Below are positions 51,742 to 64,000 of a stretch of 64,000 nt of DNA, piece by piece (the first letter of the stretch is position 1; every line of letters starts with the position of its first letter). The stretch is from contig CT868085.1 in NCBI GenBank assembly GCA_000165425.1, positions 1 to 64,000 of the forward strand. Direction: 5' to 3'. The notes under the pieces were generated by a model. It saw nothing but the letters and a program-made list of their open reading frames with translations. It did not search any database and had not been told where the DNA came from. The DNA comes from Paramecium tetraurelia (Eukaryota). The position numbers and the translations under genes are program-made.

Positions 51742-53040
51742 AATGGAAATAAATAAATTGAATGAAGTTAATCCAGATGATTTGGATGTTATCTTTAGAG
51801 GAATCTAACTATTTATTGATCAAAAAGAGAATGATTTAGAAACTACAATACCTCAACTAGTTGATAAATACAAATACTATTAACTTCAAGATCATGATAA
51901 AAAGTTTTAATTATTTTGTTAACAAGCAGACTGTTCCACCGATTCTAGATCAGAGTATCAGAGTTAATTGAGAAGTGCAAGAATTAAAGTGCCATTAATT
52001 ACGTCTTGAGTATCCGAGATATACTCAATTACAAAGCATAGAATTTTGCTGTTATACTAAATAAAGTACTTAAAAGATGTGAGATGCAAGCAACCCAATA
52101 AAATGAGGATAACCCACAAATTTAGATGAAGAGATCAGTACCTTCATGGTAATTGAATAGTTAATAAAATCGAACGTTGTTTTAATTTTATGATAATGAT
52201 TTTTGGAAACTCTATGACATTATGCTTCTAAACAAGTAATTACTTAACATTAAATTAGACAACACTGTTCAAACTTGATAGTGTACCATTAATCAAAGCT
52301 CGAAAATGTAGAAAGACTATTCGCATCAAGTTTAGAAAGAAATTAGAGATTTCTATAATATAAGAGCTTGCCAATTATAGAAATAACTACTCTGACTGAT
52401 AAGGCCAGGAAATTAAAGTTCCTCTAACTCACACAAACTATGGAAACTCCCTATGCAAATAAAAATATTACAATGTTCGGAAATTAGAATTAGAATTAGA
52501 ATTAGAGTCCAACCAAAAAAACATAAGTCACCGTTAAACATTCGATTTCGATTAGTCCTCAAAGAACTCAAAGTAAAGATCCTCAAGATCAAGATATCAG
52601 AAGTATGTTTGATACAGAAAATTTCAATTTGTTTGATACCAATTACAAAATTACTAGAGCAAAGAACTTATCCTTACATAACGATAAAATCATTGCTGTC
52701 TCAGTTTAAAATAAATAAAAAGGAAAGTCAAAATTACAGCAAGAGAATTTTAGTCCTTAGAAAGGATGCAAAAATCAAAATTGGATGCTCCCTGAAATCA
52801 AGTCTCCATTTTATATCGATTAAAACGGTATCATCTATTAAAATTATGTTAGACTCTCTAATCAAGCCAATCCAAATTCCTCAAAATTATGTTTATACTT
52901 AAAGTCCTGAAAGAAGATCTGCCAAGAAACCCCCATTAGCATCAGATCTCAATAGTACTCTTTGTCAATAATTGTTACCCTAATATAGAAATAATACAAG
53001 AGCATTTCAAACTATCAAAAGTTTTATCCGAAAATGATTC
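51742..53040 (+). pseudogene. Disrupted hypothetical gene
   Basis: Long code-6 frames interrupted by TGA and frame switches. (AATTAG)4 at ~52482 reads NQNQ. Confidence 0.35.
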
Positions 53041-53647
53041 TAAATAAATGTTATATAAGATTTATTTGTAATTTACTTTTTATTATTATATCTATCTCCA
53101 TTAGAAGGCTTCCTTTATAAAATTATATGTTAAGATTTCAAGTATCTAATTATTTAGATCTTTTAATAATTAAAAATACACAAAATTGAATGATGTCAGT
53201 AAATGGATTACTAATTTATATTGATATATAATGAAAATCAAGAGTAATAATGAATAAAGATCCTCTCTATGCAGTGTATTAAGAAACATCAAAATAAACA
53301 ATATTAGGTTCTTAGAATTATAGAAGTATAAGATTCGATATTATTCTTATTTTTGAAAGTGTTTTTGAACTATCAAATACATATAAGATTCGCAAAAATT
53401 AAAAGCATTTCCAGCAACACTTAGTATATCTTAAGAGATATATATTAGATTAATTTATAACCGAAGGAAGAGTATAAAAAATGTAATCTCTTTTCCAAAA
53501 CCTGAAAGTTAATGAAATACATCCAATATGCATAGTAGAAACAGTCTTTTGAATATCAGAGATTAGGCTTTTTACGTTACTTATAAATTAAAATTACTTA
53601 GAAATGGAATGATATAAAATTATTAATATTTTCTTTTAATAAAACAA

Positions 53648-54162
53648 ATGAAGAGATTATTGAGGAATGCTCAAATTTTATCAAAATAATCGCGATATTA
53701 CCATCATGATCCAGCCAGTAGAGCCTTAGTGGGTAAGGATTCAATTTTATGTAATTCAGGATCACCTTAAGAGATTGCTCCTCCTGTGCACTTCAAATTA
53801 TATTATCTCCCAGACAATGTTGCCAAGACTGGATAGGGTATGAGACACCCTCACTTTAATGCATATTAAATGGAAGGAGTTACCACATATGACAATTGGG
53901 AATACAAGTAGATTGTTAAAGTAATCTAGATATTATGGCTAATGGTGGCATATTGGATCTATTTTCTGGAATTCTTTAATGTTATTCTACCCCTTATTAT
54001 TGTGGCTTGTTATCGAGTAGAGTCAGGTAATTAGAGATCATCTAACAAGCTTAGCAAGAAGCACTTTTGGCGAAGGATGACATGTTTAAGAAATATTTCA
54101 ACGAAGCTGGAGGATTCTATTAATACACATTCATAGGCCCAGAAACCACTTTAAATTATTGA
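53648..54162 (+). CDS. Small mitochondrion-targeted single-TM protein
   Basis: MKRLLRNAQILSKQSRYY presequence-like start, YDNWEYKYYGQWWHIGSIFWNSLMLFYPYY, QAQQEALLAK. Two introns. Confidence 0.75.
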
Positions 54163-54204
54163 AGCATTCATTGAAAAATATAAAAATATATTAAATATTA
54201 CATA

Positions 54205-55682
<1,478 letters not shown>

Positions 55683-55705
55683 TTCAATTCTACTTAATTT
55701 ATATT

Positions 55706-57308
55706 TCATTTTTAATAATAGTCAAACTCTTTGAATTCATCCTAATTGACTAGATTGTTTTCAGGTGCATAAGAGTTTATAGCCTCTTCAGCAGTAAACT
55801 ATTTGTCGAAATTTTCTAGCCATGCCTCCCCCTATATTTATGGTTTAAAAGGAGCTTCGACCTCCTTCTTTAACAGCTTCTCCCAATTCACTCCCTTAAA
55901 CCATGGATGATTTTTTATATCTTCAGTTTTATTGTATCCTAATCTTTATTTTGCATCCTTAATTGTTAACTATTAAAATTAGGGATGTAATATTACTTTC
56001 TGGATAAAATCTTTAGCTTCATTAGAAATCTAAGGAGTAGTTGGGAAACTAATATCTTTATTTTAAATCTGTTTAAACATTAGATCTTGATTTTTGTTAT
56101 AAAATGGAGGTAGTGCATACAACATCTCGTAAGTGAGTATGCCCAATGCCCACCAATCTGCAGCCATTGAATGACCAGTTTCTAGAAGAATTTCAGGAGC
56201 CAAGTACTCAGGAGTACCACAAAAGGATTTAGCCAACTCATTTGTTTTTAATATCTTGGACATTCCAAAATCCGTTAAACAAACATGACCTTGATCATCT
56301 AAGAGGACATTTTCTGGTTTTAAATCTCTATATATAATGTTTTTTGTGTGCAAATGTTCTAATGCCAAAATCTATTTAAAAATGAAGATAAGCATTTACA
56401 ATTTCTGAGACATAAAATTTAGTTCTATTCTCTTCAAATCTTTTAACATGTTTTAGATGTTAAAACAATTCACCTCCTTTCATGAATTGAGTCACAAAGA
56501 ATAGTTTTTCAGGTGTCTGAAATGCCCAATTCAAAGAGACCAAAAATGGATGATTTATGTGTTATAAAACTATCCTTTCTGTTTTGGTGTGCTCCAATTA
56601 TTCAGGATCTGCCACATCTTCTTTGCGAATGGATTTCATAGCATAATATTACTTATCGCTCTTTTTCTCTACTAACATCACTTTACCATATGCTCCTCTG
56701 CCCAATACTTTGATTAAGTCAAAATCATCTATGGTGACAACTTCTCCTTTCTACTTTGCATACAATGTCGATGTCTTTGCTCTGGTTTGTAATCGTTCTT
56801 CTGTCTGGGAATCTAATCTCTTTCTGAATTACTCCTCGTTCATCAATTCCGATCCAGTTGTTGGTAATCTATTGATTCCCTTTTTTTTATCAACTTTTGT
56901 AGTTGTGTAGGCTGTGAGAGTGAGTTCATCTTTGTAGAATATTGGAAGTGCAGCTCCTTTGTTTTATTAGCAATAGGCTTTGATTATGCTCAGTACGGCA
57001 TAATCTCTTCTTTCTGAACTCGAGTATCGGTAATCATATTCTTCAGGGACATGCACTACAAATTCTGTTCCAATCAAACCAATGGTTATGGCATAGACTC
57101 TTCTAATTGGGATTTTTCTCTTTACAGTCAATTTTGATAGATTATACAGATTATGTGTTGTAATGAGAATCGTTCTTTCTTATCTTTTATTGACTTCATT
57201 AAATTTGTAGAGCAAACTTGAAAATAAAACATGCTCACCTGGCTCTAGAATTTTTGTGATAGATTTTTCATTTGCTAGATGCAAATCATCCCAAGACTCT
57301 TATTTCAT
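55706..57308 (-). CDS. AGC kinase with N-terminal TH1/PH-like domain
   Basis: [35 protein letters not shown], then [33 protein letters not shown] and tail FKEFDY. Confidence 0.92.
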
Positions 57309-57649
57309 TAATTATAATATTTCTAATTTCAAATTTATTGAAACTGTAAACATTTTCTGATTATAAAATCATTTCTTAGATTAAATTTATGATGATATGA
57401 TTCAGTAGATAATGTAAGTAAATTTGAGAGACAATTTGATAATTTTTGAGAATTTGGTTCAAAAGACAATGTATATGAAACTTAATCAATTCTGGCGAAC
57501 CTGTTGATTTAGAGAACAAACATCAAAAATGGTCAACTCAAATTAGAATTATTAATTAAGCGAAAATTTAATTTTTTTAATTAATTTGAAGAAACATACA
57601 TAAGTGGATAAAGATAAATTTTTGTTCTCAATAACATGATCATATCAAT

Positions 57650-58407
57650 TCACTATAATTAGGCTGTTATCTTAGTTAACTCCTCAACCTCATTTTCATT
57701 CAAAAACCAACATTCATTCTTTCTAATAACACATAATTCGATATTTTTGTTGCCACTCTCAACCACATCCATCAAAGCCTATTTTAGTTGATCAAATCAA
57801 TAAACATACTTTAGTAGTAAGTAAAAGAGCATCCTTCTCATGCAATCCTTCTCTCCAATGCTTCTCTAAGAAATCTTTCACTTATTTTGCACTCTTCCCC
57901 AATGAAGTGGCCTTCCATTCTGAACAAGCCCCAGAAGGATCAGTTTAAAAGAGTTTTGGCTTATTATTACTAAATCCTGCAATCAGCGTTGAAATCCCAT
58001 AAGGTCTAGCACCTCCTCTTTAAGTGAACTTTTGCTATTGTTGACTAGTAAATTTGGCAATATAATCAACTGAAGGATCATCCTCGTAATAGATCTTGTA
58101 TTGCTAACATTACAATCTAGTTTGATTTGCCAAGATTCTTGCATCTGCATTCAACCCAGAAAAGGTCATGCAAAGATTGTGATCTATACAAATATTATAC
58201 GATTAAAGTACCCAATTGGTATACTTTCTTGATTGTTTTAACATCTTGCAATCTTGATGCCGATTTCTTTTCTACTCCCAATATTATAGCATCCTTTCCT
58301 CTTACTCCAACGCAGCAGAGACCTCTCTTAACTGCTTCCATAGCATATTCCACTTAAAACAATTAACCATCTGGAGAAAATACTGTGAGTGCTGTGTCGT
58401 ATGACAT
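57650..58407 (-). CDS. PSMA7: 20S proteasome subunit alpha-4
   Basis: [54 protein letters not shown], TDPSG. Confidence 0.95.
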
Positions 58408-58431
58408 TATTTAAAAAAATATTATTAAAAT

Positions 58432-59196
58432 TCATCCTAATCTTAAGTAATCATCCTCTTCTTCAACGTCCCAACCTTTGAATTCAATGAGATCATTGTT
58501 CCATATCTTTATAGGTCTTTTTTATTAGGTTATCAAACCTTAACTAACACTTCTTTATTGCGAAGGAATTACTTTGATCTTTGCTTTGATTTCTGGACTA
58601 GGAATGCATATAACAGACGGTTCTAGTTGATTTGAGGAGTTTTCGATAGCTAAATTCTATAAAAACATATGTTATTATGGTTTCTTTTTAAAAGGCCCAT
58701 TTAATTCTTCTAATGATTTATCGACAATTTTTCTAGCTGATTACGGTTTCTTGTCTATAATCAACAATTTGTGATCTTATTGGATTTCTTGGAGATTATT
58801 ATAGAGGGCCATTTTGTGAACAGAATGAATGGGTTTATTTTTTTCAAATAGTCGAGCTTTTTGCAAATCACCCAGTTCTTTTTTTAATTAATTTATTTTT
58901 TTTTCCAAAAATGATGAACTTTTAGAAGAGCTGTTATTAGACTTTCTTTGTCTATCTTGAGTTTGAATGATACTGGAACGAGAAGATTGAATTTATTCAA
59001 AGACTGATTGTCTGTGTTTATAGGGAGTTAATTTATTGTTAATGACAAATTTGATTCCTGGTTTGATTTGTCTCACCTGTGTAAATTACTCTCTTTAAGT
59101 AGGATTGAGTAATTGATCAATTCGATTTGCTACATGTTCAAGATGAAGTATATTGAAGGCTTTCATTTTTTGGGGTTATTTTCTTGAACTTTTCAT
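58432..59196 (-). CDS. Hypothetical protein (Ser/Lys-rich)
   Basis: Open code-6 frame MKSSRKQPQK...KGWDVEEEDDYLRLG*. Confidence 0.7.
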
Positions 59197-59251
59197 TTTA
59201 ATCTTAACAATATATATTATTAAAATAGTGACTTATAAAAATATAATCATT

Positions 59252-60952
59252 TCATTATTCAAATTAGGTAAGCTATTGCAAAAGATCAGCATCAATCTGT
59301 TTGCTCTGAAGCTATTAAATATTATTCTCAGGCATAATATCATCAATCTATGTCAAAGAGACCTAACTTTCACACAAATTTAGTCCAAACAAATCTTTCA
59401 CATTCTTACCCGAAGTTTGTACTTGTAAATTTCTAACATTTATGGATGTCTCCATTCCAGAATTGAAATCACTGATGCTGTTCTCACTCTCAAAAATGGT
59501 TATCGTGTTGATGTATTTGATGGTTTCCTTCTTGTTCCCCATTCTTTAATGGATCTAAGTCGAAGATAATAATTTAAATTATTCCAATCTCTATTTTAAA
59601 CTATCTTAATTGTAGCTACACGCATTTATTGACACTTCCAAACTCTTATTCATCTCTTTTGGAGTATCTTCCTCCTAAATTGCGTCAAATCTCCTACTCT
59701 TTAAAAGAGTGTTGGCTAATTCCTAATTGAGAATCATTGCAGAATTTATCAGAGTTTTGTTGTACAGATCACTGTTTTGGCTGCTCTTACTTACATCAAT
59801 ATCATCTTTCACAATTTTAATCTTGTTTGGAAATGTGTAGGATGGAACCCAAATGTGCCTCAATGCCTCTAAGTTAGAACCGGTAGATACCTGAAGCATT
59901 CAATCTTTTTAAAGGATTCCACATCATAAGTCTCTTTATGAAGTCTCTACAACTAGTGGGCAAATCCAAGAAGACCTACTTGTGGAACGGGTCCAAAGAT
60001 GGTTCTCTATATCAAACTTAAAGATAATACCTTTGCGAAAGAATCTCAATTAAATCACCAGTGTATTCAGAAGTATACGGTAAAATTCCAGTTAGACATT
60101 AATATATCACAACACCGATCGCCCACAAGTCAACCTGAGAATCATAACCATAATCTCTATAGATTTCCGGTGCTCGGTAGTGAATATTCCCAGTAATTGT
60201 CATCATTTTATTTCGGTTGTACCTTAATGTATTTTAATTAATGGTGACAAATCTTCTTGAAACTCCAAAATCAATCAACTTGATCTTGTAATCCCTAAGT
60301 GGATAAAGAGTAAGACTTACGTGCAAACTTAAATGTTGTCTGGTTTTATGTCTCGATGACAGACTCCTGCCTTGTGCAAGCATTTCACTGCCTTCAACAA
60401 AGTCAATGCTATCTATTACACGTGTTTTTCTTTCAATTTCTAATTCTGTTTCAGGAGGGTCTCCAAATTAGAACAAGGGACCCATTCCATTAACAAATAT
60501 AACTTTGTTTATTCAATGAACAATTTATAACATTTCGCTATAAACGGGCTTTTTAGTAATTGTGAATTGATAAAGGCTTATTTCACCATACTAATTATCT
60601 CCTCGTCGTCCGTTGGAATAACTTTAACTGCGTATTTCGTCTAATCGTCTTTCTTAGGCCAACACAACCACACAATACCATTTGTCCCTTCTCCTAATTT
60701 CTCTCCCAAGGTGTATTCGTCCAAGAAGCAGTTATTCTTCAATCCAATTTGATTATTTTCAACATTATTAGAATGTGTGTCATGATCGCTTAAGTCCGAA
60801 CTTTACATTTGCTATTGAGTTAAAAGTGGAGTTCTAGTTTTCCTCTCAATAGTTTCCTCCACTGGTGAAAAATTCGATTCAGAGTTTAGAAACCCTTTAA
60901 TCTTCTACATTCTCCTCTAGAATTAAGATTGTTAAGGTTAGCTTTATATCAT
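59252..60952 (-). CDS. Ser/Thr protein kinase (CAMK-like ciliate family)
   Basis: LGEGTNGIV, YAVK, CHRDIKPDNI, IDFGVS, TGNIHYRAPE, DLWAIG. Three introns. Confidence 0.92.
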
Positions 60953-61707
60953 ATTTTTATTTTAAAGAACCAATAAACAGAATGCATTAAATTTATTATA
61001 ATTTCTTTTTTCATAATATCCGATAAAATTTGAATCATAACCAAAGAAATGGCATCTCATTTCTGAACCCTATTTATCCATTGTTAAAAATCTCTTTTTT
61101 TATGGAATATTACTTGTTCTGATTTATTTCGAATATATAATTATGAAAATAAGTAAAAGGATATAAATGACATTTTTAAGAGCAAATTATATTTCAATTC
61201 TAAAAACTAAAGCAAAATTGTATAAAATTCCCTGAACTACATAAAATACTCGAAAAATTCCAACATAACAAAAATTCATATAGGAATCAACTTAATCAAA
61301 TTAATAAACTTGAAATAAATTTAATATTCAATTTAATGAGAAGATTTTAGATGGAATAGTAGGAAAAACTTAATTCTTAAAGATTGAGGGTTTTTAATTG
61401 AATAATCTCTTAAAAATGAGGTCCAGTACATCAATCTTGCTTAGTTGATTAAGTGTGTGGATTAAGATCAATGAAAAATTCATATAATTATCTGATACTA
61501 CATTTAATGTTATTTAATGTGAGTAGGATTGATTGATTCCCAATAATTTTGATTAATATCATTCATTTATATTATTTTATTTTCTTCAATTCATCTATCT
61601 TTTTAACATTCTCTCTTTACGCTTATCCTTTTGCACTGCTACAACTTCCAAATACAGAGTAAAACATAGTTTATCAAATATATGAGAAATATATTAGTAT
61701 TATTTAA

Positions 61708-62907
61708 TCAAACAAGAGAAAATAATTTACCTTCTCTCCAAACTCCCTTGGTGATATGTCCATGAGACTCTGTGAATTCTCCAGTCCCATGTTGTAAACC
61801 ATTCATCCATTACCCAACGTATTTTCGACCATCAGCAAATTAAAATGTTCCGAAACCTTATCTCTTATCGCTTTCATATTAACCAACATAAACTCGGCCT
61901 TAAATCGAATAATCAAATAATACCGTCAGTCCAGGATAAGATTCCCTAGCCGTGCATCATTCCGTTTTTCCAGTCTCCTTAATATCTTCTTCCATCAGGC
62001 CATATCTTTAATATTATTATAAAACTACAAACTATCCTTTCCCTTCAAACTGACCATTTACAAACAAACCCTCATATTTTTCCTTATTATTAAATATTAA
62101 AACTCCTTGGCCATGTTTTAAGCCATTCCGAAAATGCCCTACTTTTGTTTGTAGAATAATACCTTTATAATGAGAGTCAATCTTCACTTCAATACCATAT
62201 CCATTATATTTATCATTGAACCATGAGCCTTTAAAGGGAATAATAATTTTATACCTTCATAAATCGAGCCATCCGCATAATAATACACTCCTTTACCATG
62301 CATGTAATTCAAATGGAAGTCCCCACAATAATACCCTCCTTCCGAATCAAAAAATTTACCTTTTCCACTAGCATAACCATTAATCCACTTTATGTAATTT
62401 AAAATTAATTACCTCGCCTTCATATCTGCTAGAATCAACAAATTTGTATTCTCCTTCACCCTAAGGTTTTTTTTTGTACCAGTATCCAGTGTAGCGTCCA
62501 CCATTTCTCATCATAATGGATGGTAATTTTAACTTTTCTTTTTCACTCTTAGCTATTAATCGATTATCTTCCTCATTCAAAAGTGACAATAATTCTTTTT
62601 CGAATAATTTCTCTTCACGTTCTTAACTTTATTTGCTTGATTTATTTGTACAGATAGAAGGTCTAATTTAACAGGATTCTTCTAAAGAATCAAATTCAGG
62701 AACATCATCTGAGTGTGCTTATGGTACTTTTGAATTAGAGTAAACCTTGGCTATCTCAAATAATTTTCTGTATTTTTCTTAAGAACTTGATTTTGGTTTT
62801 CTATTTTATAGATTTAGGTCAAACCTTTGTGAACTTTCGATGTCAAACTCAAAAACAGTCTAAAAACATTCAGTATGAACTTTAGTATGCTCAGATTATT
62901 CTAGCAT
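61708..62907 (-). CDS. MORN-repeat protein
   Basis: Repeated YxGxWxxGxxHGxG units (YTGYWYKKKPQGEG, YVGQWMNGLQHGTG) separated by tiny introns. Confidence 0.9.
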
Positions 62908-63267
62908 CCTCTATTTTCAAGATCAATTAAATATTAAATATATAATCTTAAGCATGAAATTCTAATTTTTTATGTTGTTGAAACGAAACAATCGGTAAGT
63001 TTAATTTATGTTTCACTACTAAATCAAGGAATCAATTTGTTTTATTTCGCCAAAATTACAAAATTTACTTTGTGATATTGTAATATAAAATAAATACTTT
63101 ATTTACATTAAAACAATTCTTTACTATAAACTTAAATTAATTATAAACCAAAAACTATATAATTCCATAATTATTTTCTAAAATGCTCCACACTTTAATA
63201 AAGTGCATTTATAGATAATTGCTAACTTTATTAATAAGAATATGAAACATACAATAAATGTAAAATA

Positions 63268-64000
63268 TCAATACTCTTTGTCAAAATTAAGTTGTTCTAA
63301 TAAATCCAATTTAAGTTATCCTAATATCTTTGAATATGGACCACTTAATTTTTCAATTTGTTCTTCCTCAGTATTTTTTTCTATTGAATATGATGATATG
63401 TATTACCTTTATTGTTACTTTAAGCAGTCGATTCTAACATAGATAATAGATCTGTTTTCTCCATTTGTTTTAATGAAGCGTTATCTTAATTCACAATGGC
63501 TTTAGATATTGCTGATTTAAAGCGTTGAATTCCCATAATTTTCTCTTCCAAAGTATCCTTAACAATCAATCTAAACACTTAAACAACATTCTTTTATCCT
63601 ATTCTATGAGCTCTATCCATTGCTTATTGATCATTAACAGGATTATAATCATGATCAAACATTATCACAATATTTGCTGAACTTAAATTCAATCCCAAAC
63701 CACCAACCTAAGTTGTAAGAAGCAACACTCTGATGTCTGGATCCTCATTAAATTTAGTTACCAAAGGGTATCTTTAAGTTTAAGGAACACTTCCATCTAA
63801 AATTAAATATTATAATCCTGGAAATTAGGTTTTTAATAACTGTTCAGCTATCAATTACAAGGCAGCTCTAAATCTAGAGAAAACTAAAACTTTATTAAAG
63901 TTAGTATAAATTGTAATTTAATCTCCTTGAGTTTATTGTTATGGAGCATCATCTGTTGATTAAAATCCCAATTATTATAAAATATCTTTCAAAGCAATCA
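63268..64000 (-). CDS. BTAF1: Mot1/BTAF1 SNF2-family helicase, C-terminal part (runs off window)
   Basis: [70 protein letters not shown]. Confidence 0.9.

Noticed and set aside
52453..52902. 149-aa standard-code ORF (IRIRIR repeat)
   Set aside because: Probably a shadow frame of a disrupted code-6 gene; the alternative frame reads NQNQ with normal composition.

Overview
AT-rich, gene-dense ciliate macronuclear DNA, almost certainly Paramecium (aurelia-type). TAA/TAG read as Gln and only TGA stops, introns are 20-31 nt GT..AG, intergenic spacers are often 10-100 bp, and a mixed C3A3/C4A2 telomere tract follows an assembly gap at 3.8 kb. The supplied standard-code ORF track therefore fragments or misses nearly every gene, and I translated by hand with code 6; exon boundaries are manual. 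The first ~9 kb is subtelomeric and pseudogene-rich, with a telomere added inside a pentapeptide/WD40 gene. The rest holds about 30 apparently intact genes: dTMP kinase, tRNA-Leu(CAG), ATP9/Neo1 flippase, Cdt1-like, sortilin, two Rabs, strumpellin, CLK, class-2 lipase, pseudokinase-Kelch, DUSP, RPS15, MATE, IDI, CcmE, RING, WDR63, several kinases, PSMA7, MORN and Mot1/BTAF1. Decayed gene copies lie between them. The best leads are a nuclear, mitochondrion-targeted CcmE with non-canonical heme-motif spacing, the telomere healed inside a coding sequence, a 10-bp head-to-head gene pair, and a paired-hairpin element upstream of RPS15. I found no unambiguous, wholly new system.
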